From assembly GCA_049320885.1 (NCBI GenBank), contig JBMORA010000063.1:32001-96000 (forward strand): 64,000 nucleotides of DNA, written 5' to 3'. Shown here one piece after another: positions 20,584 to 29,554 of the stretch. The notes under the pieces are model-generated. The model made no database searches. It was not told where the DNA came from and worked only from the letters and a program-made list of their open reading frames with translations. The translations under genes and the position numbers were made by a program. The DNA is from Thermodesulfobacteriota bacterium. GTDB taxonomy: Bacteria; Desulfobacterota; Desulfobacteria; Desulfobacterales; SURF-7. Within the stretch, counting starts at the first letter, position 1, and each line of letters opens with the position of its first letter.

Positions 20584-22032
20584 ATGTATTTTTTTGAAAA
20601 AGGCTCCCCAGCCCTCCCAGGAGAAAATACCGGCGTGACCAATATCCCCAGCATTTCCTGCGGCAACCCCTTCGCCGTCGGCAATATCCGTCTGTTCATC
20701 GCCTTTCGCGTTTTCTTCAACGCGCGTTTCTATTATCCGGTCTTCACCATTCTCTTTCTGGATTTCGGATTGACCCTGGATCAATTTGCCCTGCTGAACG
20801 CGGTCTGGGCCGCCACCAACGTGCTGGTCGAAATCCCCTCCGGGGCCTTGGCCGACAGCCTGGGCCGGAAGAATGTGCTTTTGGTCAGCACGATTCTGAT
20901 GATCCTCGAGATGGCGCTTTTATGCCTGGCCCCCAGGGAGAACCCTGAGCTGCTGTTTGGGGTTTTTCTGATCAACCGTCTGCTGAGCGGAACGGCGGAA
21001 GCCGCAGCCAGTGGTGCCGACGAGGCCCTGGCATACGATACCCTGAATCTCTGCGGCAGAGCGGATGAATGGCCCCGGGTGCTGGACCGCCAGATGCGCT
21101 GCCAATCCATCGCCTTCATTGCCGCCATGAGTGTGGGCGCGGCGGTATATGACCCGGCCCTCATGGAGCGGGTTTTCGGCTGGGCAGGATTTCCGGTGCA
21201 ACTGTCCCAGGCCGACACCCTGCGTTTTCCGATTTATCTCACCCTCGTAATGGCTTTTCTGGCATTCGGGACGGTCCTGCGCATGCGCGAACCGGCAGCG
21301 GGAGAGGCGGGTTCCTGTTTTCAGACGGACCGCTGCCGCTCCGCCATGGCCCTGGCCTTTCGCAGAACAATCCAAGCCGGCCACTGGATCATCATGACCC
21401 CCTTTGCTCTGGTGCTGATCACGGCCGGCATGGTATTCGACCACATCGCCCGTTTTGCGGTCACGATCAGCAGCCAGTATTTCCGGATCATTGAACTGCC
21501 GGAGGCAAGTTTCGGCCTGATCGGGTCCGGGTTGGCCCTGCTGGGGATGTTTGTTCCGCGCCTTTCCATGCATCTCACGGAGCGCCGCTCACCCCGGTTC
21601 AATTTTTACCTCCTGGCCGCCATCGGTCTTGCCGGTTTGTGGGGCCTGGGTGTCGCGGCGCCGCTGATCGGCCTGGCGCCGATGATCCTGGTGTTCGTGG
21701 TGATGATGATGAACACCTTTTTCCTCAGCCATTACCTGAACCGCATCACCCGCTCCCAGGAGCGCGCCACGGTGCTGAGCTTCCGGGGGCTGGCGTTGAA
21801 CCTGGCCTACGGCTGGATCGGAATTGCCTACTCCCTGTTTTTCGCCTGGGCCAGGCGGCAGCCGGGCATCCTGTTTCCACCGGCAGGATCGCTCTCCCCC
21901 GATGATGCCGCATTCCTGCTTTCCCTGAAATGGCTGCCGGCCTATTTTGCCGTCCTGCTGATTCTTTTCCTGGGGTTTTCCACGTATTCCCTGCGCCGTA
22001 CGGATATCCATGGAAAAAGCGGATCCGAATAG
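20584..22032 (+). CDS. MFS transporter
   Basis: EIPSGALADSLGRK, SGADEALAYD, RATVLS and many TM segments; start uncertain. Confidence 0.88.
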   Translation: MYFFEKGSPALPGENTGVTNIPSISCGNPFAVGNIRLFIAFRVFFNARFYYPVFTILFLDFGLTLDQFALLNAVWAATNVLVEIPSGALADSLGRKNVLLVSTILMILEMALLCLAPRENPELLFGVFLINRLLSGTAEAAASGADEALAYDTLNLCGRADEWPRVLDRQMRCQSIAFIAAMSVGAAVYDPALMERVFGWAGFPVQLSQADTLRFPIYLTLVMAFLAFGTVLRMREPAAGEAGSCFQTDRCRSAMALAFRRTIQAGHWIIMTPFALVLITAGMVFDHIARFAVTISSQYFRIIELPEASFGLIGSGLALLGMFVPRLSMHLTERRSPRFNFYLLAAIGLAGLWGLGVAAPLIGLAPMILVFVVMMMNTFFLSHYLNRITRSQERATVLSFRGLALNLAYGWIGIAYSLFFAWARRQPGILFPPAGSLSPDDAAFLLSLKWLPAYFAVLLILFLGFSTYSLRRTDIHGKSGSE

Positions 22033-22055
22033 GATCCGGAAATTCTTGCGTGCGT

Positions 22056-22094
22056 CCTCCCGGATCTCCGGCTTTCTGTCCGGCGATCCGGGAG
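22056..22094. terminator. Hairpin between the convergent MFS and acylase genes
   Basis: CTCCCGGATC..CCGG / CCGG..GATCCGGGAG inverted repeat between the two stop codons; no clear U tract. Confidence 0.45.
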
Positions 22095-22104
22095 TTCCAA
22101 CAGG

Positions 22105-24504
22105 TTATTCGAACAGGGGGAATTCGCGGTGGGCGAATCCGTCATACACCGGGGTCATGCTGAAGAAATGGGAGTCGAATACCGGTGCATAGCCCGGCCC
22201 CATAAGGATATTGCCGGATTCTCCCAGCGGGAACATGCTTTGGATCCGGACCGGTCCCATGGAACCGTATTCGACGCAATGCCCGTAGGTGGAACGCGAG
22301 GAGAACGGCATGGTATGGACGACTCCCAGCATATCATGCCGGAAGTTGATGGTCCCTCTGGCACCGATGCCCCAAGGCCTCGGCCCAAGAATCCCAAGAA
22401 CATTGTCCAGGGCCGTGACGATAATCGCTTCCGGCGTCTGGGGAGCCGCGGGGTCGGTCAGATTGCGGAACCAGTTATAGCGGTTGGTGATTCCAGCACC
22501 GGGATGCAGACCATGTAACAGAACGTTGAACAACAGGGAATTGCTTTCCTTCAATACGATTTCACCGTCTTCTGGCATTCCGAGTTCATCCAGGAATATG
22601 AGCCGGACAACCTCCCGGATCCATTTATCCATCAAGATCCAGGCATCGGCTCGGTCCGCGCCAAAGGCCCACTGGGTCGGTCCGCCGTCGACGAAATGCC
22701 CGTCCCATCCGGACAAAATATCAAGGGCCGCCTGGCGCTCCGGAGTTGCGTTGTTCATCACCGCGTCCGTGAAATCATCGGAAACGAAGGCCCAGGGATT
22801 GCCGCCGCCGTGGAAGGAATCCGTCGCGGCGATGTACAGCGCCAGATCACGGACCGCTTCAAAGCTCACCTTGCCGCCGCCGGCCAGTGTCTCGTCGAAA
22901 TAGTCGTAAATCACATGGGTGCGGTGGAACGGGCCATAGGTGGCGTAAACCGCGTTGAAACCGCTGGGATAGAAGGCGCCGGTCTTGTTGTTCCAGCCGG
23001 CGTACCAGCCCCGCGGCGTGTTCAAATCGCTGGACAGCGGCCGGACGAACCTGGCGTTCCATTCCAATTGAATGCCGAAGAACAGCCCCTGGGGCAGACG
23101 CCACTCCCCGGGCAGGCGCAGGGGATCGCGGCCGGACATCCAGTAGCCGATGTTGCCGTGTTTGTCCGCGTAACAGAAATGCTGGCTTACCGCCACCTTG
23201 CGGATGCCCTGGTGGAACTGCAGGATGGATTTGGCCCGGGCCAGGTCCAGGAAGGCCTCGATGGTCTTGAATTCATAATTCCAGTGAGCGTATTTCCAGG
23301 CCACCAATGGATTTTCCAGGGTTGGGGAATAGGTCCCCGGATCATAGGGGATCGGATTGACGATGGGACCATGGTCGGACCGGAATACGGGCAGCAAGAC
23401 GGGATCGGCGCCGCGGACCTGGATGGTTTCCAGCCGGTGCAGGGTCACATCGGACGGGTTTTCGATATAGTAATCCGTGGTATGGGCGTGCCCCACCTGC
23501 ATGGACCAGGCGTGGTGCGGCGTCCGGCCGATGATGATGCCGGGCAGACCCGGCACGTTCATGCCGGATATATCCAGACCGCCGGCCCGGATGGAGCCCT
23601 CGGCGGTGATGGACGGCACGGAAAAGCCCATCTGCGGGCCTGAGTAGACGATGGGTTTCCCGGAAACGGTATGCCGGCCGGCGACCACCCAGGCATAGCT
23701 GCCCATCTTGATATGGGCGTTGATTTTTTTGAGGCGTTCGACGATCCGTTTGCTGCGTTCGATCATAGCGTCAAATCTCGCCCGCGACATTTGCTTGCCA
23801 ACCGGCGATCCGGTCGGCTCCGCCTGAACCGATGCCGTTTCCCCGGCGGACTCGTAGTCGATATAGGTGGGGGCGGCGGGATCGTTGGTCCAGCGGAGGT
23901 CGTTGAACATCCGCAGCGCACTCAATACGCCGAATTGACTCTGAAGCCGCAGGAGCAGTTCGGCGTTCTCCATCTGGGTCATGTCCAGGGCCTCGGGGTC
24001 GAAGAAACGCTGCATGGTCGCGGTCCAGGCCAGGACATCCTGGCAGGTCCAAGGCGTCGGCATGATTCCGACGGCGAAAAACTCGAAGGGAACCAGGGCC
24101 GGATTCGCGCCGATCTCCGCTATGCGGCGGTTGATGCCGGCGACATACCCGTTGATGATGTCGCGGGCTTCACCGCCGAGGGAATTGAAACCCGCGGTCA
24201 GTTCCGCGTCCGAATAGCCGATGATGCGCATGAAGACGTCGGTTTCGAGCTGGTCCGGCCCGAAAACGGCGGCCAGGGTCCCCCGGGCCTGACGGCGGTA
24301 CAGCTCCATCTGCCACAGCCGGTCCGTGGCCACCGCATATCCCATTTCCTCGAATACGTCATACAGCCCGGCTTCCGGCGGTCCGGAAATGAACCAGACC
24401 CCTTTATCGTCCCTTACGGTATCGACACCGTTCAGGCCGAACGCCGGCGTGATGAAAAAACTGATCAGACAGATGATGATCAAACAGATATTTCTCTTTG
24501 ACAT
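22105..24504 (-). CDS. Penicillin acylase family (Ntn hydrolase), secreted
   Basis: Signal peptide; GY.VA.DRLWQMEL.RR.ARGTLA; beta-chain start MG-SYAWVV..SGPQMG; WNNK; GGAGG RBS. Confidence 0.9.
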   Translation of the reverse strand: MSKRNICLIIICLISFFITPAFGLNGVDTVRDDKGVWFISGPPEAGLYDVFEEMGYAVATDRLWQMELYRRQARGTLAAVFGPDQLETDVFMRIIGYSDAELTAGFNSLGGEARDIINGYVAGINRRIAEIGANPALVPFEFFAVGIMPTPWTCQDVLAWTATMQRFFDPEALDMTQMENAELLLRLQSQFGVLSALRMFNDLRWTNDPAAPTYIDYESAGETASVQAEPTGSPVGKQMSRARFDAMIERSKRIVERLKKINAHIKMGSYAWVVAGRHTVSGKPIVYSGPQMGFSVPSITAEGSIRAGGLDISGMNVPGLPGIIIGRTPHHAWSMQVGHAHTTDYYIENPSDVTLHRLETIQVRGADPVLLPVFRSDHGPIVNPIPYDPGTYSPTLENPLVAWKYAHWNYEFKTIEAFLDLARAKSILQFHQGIRKVAVSQHFCYADKHGNIGYWMSGRDPLRLPGEWRLPQGLFFGIQLEWNARFVRPLSSDLNTPRGWYAGWNNKTGAFYPSGFNAVYATYGPFHRTHVIYDYFDETLAGGGKVSFEAVRDLALYIAATDSFHGGGNPWAFVSDDFTDAVMNNATPERQAALDILSGWDGHFVDGGPTQWAFGADRADAWILMDKWIREVVRLIFLDELGMPEDGEIVLKESNSLLFNVLLHGLHPGAGITNRYNWFRNLTDPAAPQTPEAIIVTALDNVLGILGPRPWGIGARGTINFRHDMLGVVHTMPFSSRSTYGHCVEYGSMGPVRIQSMFPLGESGNILMGPGYAPVFDSHFFSMTPVYDGFAHREFPLFE

Positions 24505-24882
24505 GGCATCCTCCTCCGATACGTATAAGCGTGCAGTTGCTGGTGAGATGGGCTTCGGCAGGGAAACGGCGCAGGCTCCCGGCGTGGATGCGGACGACTG
24601 CCGGGAGCGGCTCAAAGGAATTTGCACCGCCTGATGGTCACGGCCTGACGGGTTTGTGGGAAAGCTTCCATTACCTGTCTTTCCGGTTCCGGCTCAAAAA
24701 AGTATCCTTGTTTTGGTATGATCCGGAAATATAATCAAACCGGTTGGGTGTCAACAGATATTAATTTGTATTTTTTGCATTTTAATTCATAATGTTAAAT
24801 AATCCATAAGCGCCCCCGCCGTAAAGAGCGGGCGACAAATGCCCTTGGCAAGCCGTCCCAAATCGGATATGGCGACTGTATA

Positions 24883-26496
24883 ATGGAAAAACCGCCGTCA
24901 TACGGAACATGCCCGCTGCAATCCCCTGCCGCCTTTCTGCTCATGCTGCTGGTGATACCGGGTTTGACCGCGGGTTTCTACTCCGGGAAAGAGTTGTCGG
25001 TCCATGAAACGATTACCGGGGCGATGCTGCTGACCGGCCTTGCCGCCCTGATGCTGAAACGCGGGAAAAGAAATTTTCCATATCTGTGGCAGGAACGGAA
25101 TCTTTACGGCGAGTTCGTGATCGGCGCCAGCCTGCTCATGCTCTTCCAGTTTTTATGGTTCCAGACTTACATCCGCACCGCCATTGCGCATTCCTATGCC
25201 ACCGGCATGTTTCGAACCGCCTTCCGCAACATCCACGCGCCGCTTTACGGGTATCCCGAAATTCCGGAGATCCGCTGGGCCGTTGCCATGGCCGGGTGCG
25301 CCTGCCTGTTTTTTCTGTTCTGCCGCCAAGTGACAAGACGGACCCAAGCGCTTTCTTCTCCTTCGATTCTGGTCGGCTGCCTCTTGTTCCAGGCTGCGTT
25401 CATGATCGTTTTCGCCTTGTCGGAGAACCCATCGCGCCTGCTCGATTATATCGGTTCCCTGGCCACCTTCCGGGAAGACGCGGTCTTGTTCCAGGGGCCG
25501 CTGGATATCCTGAAACACTTCAGCCGATCCCTGGGGGAAATCGGCAGCCGCACCGCGCATTATCCCCCCGGCTTCCTGATGTTCTACAGCATCGGCGAAA
25601 AACTGGGCATCTCCTGGCTGTTCAAGTTCTCCTGTTATGCCGCCGCCCTGGCCACGACCATCGTCTTGTGGACCTCGTCCGCTTTCTTCTCCTTTTCCGC
25701 CAGGGCCCGTTTCCTGACGGCGGGCCTCTTCCTTACCGCCGCCCAGGTCCTGATCTATCCATCCCACGATCCCTGCTGCTGGAACATGCTGCTGTGCCTG
25801 CTCGCCACCGTCCTCTTCCTGAAAGCCCTCGCCGAAGACCGGGTCGTTTTCGGGATCCTGAGCGGCCTTGCTTTTTCCCTGTCCATCCACCTGTCCTATG
25901 TCACTTTCGTCGCCGGACTGATCCCGGCCCTCGCCTTCCTGATCGCTTTTTTCACAAGGACGATCGGGACGCGCATCCTGGTCCGGCAGACCCTCATCAC
26001 GCTGCTTACCATCTGCCTGGTCGGCCTGGGCATCTGGCTGCTTTTCGACCTGAACATCATCACCCTGGTATTGTTTTCCATCGCCAAAAACCATCAGACC
26101 ATCGCTTTCCATCCCTTTGAAAGCATCACTTATTATCTGCTGCGATCCACGGGGAATCTGCTTGCCTTTTTCTTCGTGATCGGCGCGCCCGTCCTTACCC
26201 TTTGCGCCATCGGCACCCGGTATCTGCCAGGGAGAACCGGTTCAAGCCTCTTTTCCATCTTCTGGCTGAGTACGCTGGGCAGCCTGCTGGTTGCCGGTTT
26301 CAGCGAATTGTTCATACTCGAGACGGAACGGATCTGGATCTTTTTCACCCCCGCGCTCACCCTCATGGCCGGTCATACGTTGGATCGGATCCTCCCGGCT
26401 GACGAAACCGCGTCCGTTGCGGGCGTTTTGGCTTGCAGCCTGATTCCAAGCATGGTCCTGGAACTTTTTTTCCGCTCCCATCTTGCTGCGTATTGA
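24883..26496 (+). CDS. Polytopic membrane protein, possible GT-C glycosyltransferase
   Basis: More than 10 hydrophobic segments; HYPPG and ETERIWIFF motifs recall GT-C-like membrane proteins. Confidence 0.5.
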   Translation: MEKPPSYGTCPLQSPAAFLLMLLVIPGLTAGFYSGKELSVHETITGAMLLTGLAALMLKRGKRNFPYLWQERNLYGEFVIGASLLMLFQFLWFQTYIRTAIAHSYATGMFRTAFRNIHAPLYGYPEIPEIRWAVAMAGCACLFFLFCRQVTRRTQALSSPSILVGCLLFQAAFMIVFALSENPSRLLDYIGSLATFREDAVLFQGPLDILKHFSRSLGEIGSRTAHYPPGFLMFYSIGEKLGISWLFKFSCYAAALATTIVLWTSSAFFSFSARARFLTAGLFLTAAQVLIYPSHDPCCWNMLLCLLATVLFLKALAEDRVVFGILSGLAFSLSIHLSYVTFVAGLIPALAFLIAFFTRTIGTRILVRQTLITLLTICLVGLGIWLLFDLNIITLVLFSIAKNHQTIAFHPFESITYYLLRSTGNLLAFFFVIGAPVLTLCAIGTRYLPGRTGSSLFSIFWLSTLGSLLVAGFSELFILETERIWIFFTPALTLMAGHTLDRILPADETASVAGVLACSLIPSMVLELFFRSHLAAY

Positions 26497-26522
26497 TGCC
26501 ACACGCGGATGAAAAAAAAATC

Positions 26523-26571
26523 TTGACAATTGATACAACAATATTTGATATATCAACTATTGTTGCGTCAA
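26523..26571 (+). promoter_or_regulatory. Promoter/operator array upstream of the MarR gene
   Basis: TTGACA at 26523; three TTG-N6-CAA boxes at 26530, 26545 and 26560, the central one being the perfect palindrome TTGATATATCAA. Confidence 0.7.
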
Positions 26572-26622
26572 GTATCTGAACGGTCCATCTTGGCCGGACC
26601 ATCAGCGTCGGAGGTTTCCTTC

Positions 26623-27138
26623 ATGACCCACCAGGACATGCTCATCCATCGGATCGGCAAGGCCCAACAGCAGATACGCGCCATTCTGAACAGCGAATTC
26701 ACCGCCAAAGGCATCACCATCAGCCCGATCCAAACCAGAATTCTCTCGATCATTCTGAAACATCACCCCCTGACCATGACCCGTCTGAGTCAGCTCTTGT
26801 CAACGGACAACGCCGCCATCACCCGGCTGGTGGATCGTCTGGAGAAGGCCGGACTGGTGACCCGGGAGACCTGCCGCGGCGACCGGCGGACCTACCATAT
26901 TTGTCCGACGGAAAAAGGATCGGAGGAAATCGTCCGGGCCGAATCCGCGCTCCAGCGGGTGAATGAAGCCGTCCAATCCGTTTTCAGCCAGGAGGAAAGA
27001 GAACGGTTGTGTGAATTGCTCGGCCGCATCCGGCCGAAGGAACCCAAAACGCCGGAGCAAGCGGAAGCGACGTTTTTTCCAATGGATATGGTCATTGAAG
27101 GGCTGGAAGATGTGTGCGCGCCCCACATGCTCTGGTGA
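26623..27138 (+). CDS. MarR family transcriptional regulator
   Basis: ITRLVDRLEKAGLVTR...DRR...T.KG winged-helix motif; GGAGG RBS. Confidence 0.92.
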   Translation: MTHQDMLIHRIGKAQQQIRAILNSEFTAKGITISPIQTRILSIILKHHPLTMTRLSQLLSTDNAAITRLVDRLEKAGLVTRETCRGDRRTYHICPTEKGSEEIVRAESALQRVNEAVQSVFSQEERERLCELLGRIRPKEPKTPEQAEATFFPMDMVIEGLEDVCAPHMLW

Positions 27139-27220
27139 TAAAACGACAAACCGGGGGGCCGGAATCACGCTGCGGTTCCCCTGATCATAAAACCCTGTGT
27201 CAAGGAGAAAGGAGTCAGCA

Positions 27221-29005
27221 ATGGAAAAGAGGAAGCTTTACAAAGGCGGCGCCTTCTTGTTCACCCCCATCCCGGCCGGCGACGTTTTCACCCCCGAGGA
27301 GTTCACCAAGGAACAGAAAATGGTCTTCAAGGCGGCCCAGGACTTTGTGAAAAACGAGCTCGCCGGCAACGCCGAGCTCATCGAGGAGAAACAGGAACCC
27401 CAGGTCCGCAAATGGTTCCGCATGATCGGCGAACTCGGCCTCAACGCCATCGATGTGCCGGAGACATACGGCGGTGAGGGCATGGACAAGATCAGCGCCT
27501 GCCTGGTGACCGAAGCCATGGGGGCCGGGCATTCCTTCAGCGTTGCCCATACCTGCCAGACCGGGATCGGCAGCCTGCCCATCCTGCTCTTCGGCACCCA
27601 TGAACAAAAGCAAAAATACATCCCCCGGCTGGCCAGCGGCGAAATCATCGGCGCCTACTGCCTGACCGAATCCGGGGCCGGTTCCGACGCCCTCAACGCC
27701 CAGACCACGGCCCGGCTTTCCGAGGACGGCCGCCATTATCTGCTGAACGGCGAGAAAATCTTCATCACCAACGGGGCCTGGGCCGATGTGCTGACCGTCT
27801 TCGCCAAGGTGGACGGCGACAAGTTCACCGGTTTCATCGTGGAACGGGGATTCCCTGGGTTCTCCACCGGCGCGGAGGAAAAAAAGCTCGGCATCAAAGG
27901 CTCGTCAACGGTTTCCGTGATCCTGAAGGACTGCCGGGTGCCGGTGGAAAACGTGCTCTTCGAGGTGGGCCAGGGGCATAAAATCGCCTTCAACGTGCTC
28001 AACATCGGCCGCTACAAGCTGGGTCCCGCCACGGTGGGCGCCATGAAGGCCTCCCTGGCCCAGGCCGCCAAATACGCCACGGAACGGGAGCAGTTCGGCA
28101 AGAAAATCGCCGAATTCGGCCTGATCCGCGACAAGCTCGCCCAGATGGCCGTCGGCATCTACATCGCCGAAACCGCTTCCTACCGCTTGGCCGCCGCCAT
28201 CCAGGACCAGCTCGACACCCTGCATTCGCAGCAGGAAATTTCCGGGGCCGATATCTCCCGCGCCATCGAGGAATACAGCATGGAATGCGCCCTGGTGAAA
28301 ATCGCCGGCAGCGAATGGCTGGACTATGTCGTGGATGAATATGTCCAGATTTACGGCGGCAACGGCTATATAGCCGAATACCCGGCCGAGCGGGCCTACC
28401 GCGATTCCCGCATCAACCGGATTTTCGAGGGCACCAACGAGATCAACCGCATCGTGGCCGCCGGCACCCTGCTCAAGCGCGCCCTGGCCGGCCGCATCGA
28501 TCTAATGGGCGCCATCAAGGCCCTGCCGGCCGTGGACCCGGGGGCCCAGACCGCGCCCCTGGATGCGGAGAAGCCCCTGGCCCGGCAGCAACAGCTCCTG
28601 ACCGCCTGCAAACAGTTGTTCCTGCGGACCGTCGAGGCGGCCGCCGCCAAACTCATGGCCAACATGGACGGCGAGCAGGAAATCCTCGGCCTGCTGGCCG
28701 AAATGATGCTCCAGGTCTATCTCATGGAAGGCGGGCTCCTGCGGGCCGTGAAAACCGCGGGAAGCACCGGCGGGCAAAAAGCCGAATTTCATGTTGCCGC
28801 GGCCCGCGTTTACCTGGCCCGGACCCTGCCGGAAATGCTCTCCAGGGCCCGGCAGATCGTGTCCTATGTCGGCGACGGCGCGGTGCGCGCCGATCTCCAC
28901 AAACAGATTCAATGGCTGAGCGCCTTCCCCCAGGAGGACATCATCACCCTGAAACGCCAGATCGCCGACCGCGTGGTCAAAAGCAAGAAATATCCCCTCG
29001 GATAA
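27221..29005 (+). CDS. Acyl-CoA dehydrogenase (long, FadE-like)
   Basis: AYCLTESGAGSDA, NGEKIFITNG, KLGIKGSST, REQFGKKI, QIYGGNGY, RINRIFEGTNEINR. Confidence 0.95.
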   Translation: MEKRKLYKGGAFLFTPIPAGDVFTPEEFTKEQKMVFKAAQDFVKNELAGNAELIEEKQEPQVRKWFRMIGELGLNAIDVPETYGGEGMDKISACLVTEAMGAGHSFSVAHTCQTGIGSLPILLFGTHEQKQKYIPRLASGEIIGAYCLTESGAGSDALNAQTTARLSEDGRHYLLNGEKIFITNGAWADVLTVFAKVDGDKFTGFIVERGFPGFSTGAEEKKLGIKGSSTVSVILKDCRVPVENVLFEVGQGHKIAFNVLNIGRYKLGPATVGAMKASLAQAAKYATEREQFGKKIAEFGLIRDKLAQMAVGIYIAETASYRLAAAIQDQLDTLHSQQEISGADISRAIEEYSMECALVKIAGSEWLDYVVDEYVQIYGGNGYIAEYPAERAYRDSRINRIFEGTNEINRIVAAGTLLKRALAGRIDLMGAIKALPAVDPGAQTAPLDAEKPLARQQQLLTACKQLFLRTVEAAAAKLMANMDGEQEILGLLAEMMLQVYLMEGGLLRAVKTAGSTGGQKAEFHVAAARVYLARTLPEMLSRARQIVSYVGDGAVRADLHKQIQWLSAFPQEDIITLKRQIADRVVKSKKYPLG

Positions 29006-29084
29006 TTCCTCGCGCCTCCCCGCCGCGCCCGGCCGCCGTCATGGCTACCGGGCGCGACGGGTGCCTTCCTGAAAAATAGAAATG

Positions 29085-29190
29085 CTCCGCCCGGACATTC
29101 ACATTGCCGCTACCAATCCGAACGGAGTGGTTGATGTTTCGGTCGACTGAATCCAGCCGACACAGGAGTAAAACCTGGACTTGCATGCAG
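29085..29190 (-). ncRNA. Structured RNA remnant resembling the DGR RNA spacer downstream of TR
   Basis: Minus-strand hairpins GTCGGCTG/CAGTCGAC (29142-29161) and CTCCGTTCGGAT/GTCCGGGCGGAG (29085-29127, with G-U pairs, enclosing TGGTAG..GTGAA). Position matches the usual avd-TR-spacer-RT layout. Confidence 0.45.
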
Positions 29191-29222
29191 CGCTCCTGCT
29201 CTTTTCTTTTATGCAGAAGATG

Positions 29223-29255
29223 AAAAACGCCTGCGGGATAACCCCGCCATGGCGT
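29223..29255 (-). terminator. Rho-independent terminator
   Basis: Minus strand ACGCC-ATG-GCGGG-GTTAT-CCCGC-A-GGCGT-TTTT. Confidence 0.6.
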
Positions 29256-29265
29256 AAACGTATGT

Positions 29266-29298
29266 TCTCTCGCGAAGGCGCCAAGACGCGAAGAAAAA
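29266..29298. repeat. REP-like short element (TCTCGCGAAGGCGCCAAGACGCGAAG)
   Basis: Internal 9-nt periodicity (CGCGAAG / CGCCAAG / CGCGAAG); abuts the avd truncation point. Confidence 0.45.
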
Positions 29299-29300
29299 CA

Positions 29301-29378
29301 GGGGAACTTGTCCAGTTTCGGAACCATCCATACCAGATAATCATACAGTTTCGTGATGGCGCCGACTTCTTTCGGCAT
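29301..29378 (-). pseudogene. avd: Truncated DGR accessory protein Avd (four-helix-bundle family), first 26 codons only
   Basis: MPKEVGAITKLYDYLVWMVPKLDKFP matches the Avd N-terminus (K.YD...W.......KFPR). Similarity stops at KFP. GGAGGGGG RBS; lies directly after the FGE target gene. Confidence 0.75.
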
Positions 29379-29401
29379 GGGCCAATCCCCCTCCGCGGCG
29401 G

Positions 29402-29431
29402 CAAAGGGTAAAAGAGTAAAAGGGAAAAGGG
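29402..29431 (-). repeat. Pyrimidine-rich tandem repeat immediately 3' of the VR (IMH-like region)
   Basis: CCCTTTT-CCCTTTTA-CTCTTTTA-CCCTTTG begins right after the TAA stop of the KAP-FGE gene. Confidence 0.6.
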
Positions 29432-29554
29432 TTACCGTTCCATCCTGACGCAGCGGAACCCCACGAGGATGTTACGGTTCTCCGGGTTGAGCCTGAGGCG
29501 GTTCGCACAGCGCGCAATGTCCTGACGGCTGTCCCAGGAACCCCCGCGCAGCAC
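29432..29554 (-). other. Putative DGR variable region (VR)
   Basis: VLRGGSW-DSR-Q-DI-ARCA-N-R-L-R-LN-P-EN-R-NIL-VGFRC. Most codons at the variable positions end in C/T (GAC AGC CGT, GAC ATT, CTC, CTC AAC, AAC ATC CTC), as expected from AAC/AAT template codons. Confidence 0.6.

Noticed and set aside
28977..29300. 133-aa ORF read as a complete Avd protein
   Set aside because: Avd similarity covers only the first 26 residues; the rest is read-through of repeat, terminator and RNA hairpins and overlaps the convergent gene.
29006..29431. Template repeat or reverse transcriptase of an intact DGR
   Set aside because: No AAC-rich copy of the VR and no RT-like ORF were seen here or elsewhere in the window.
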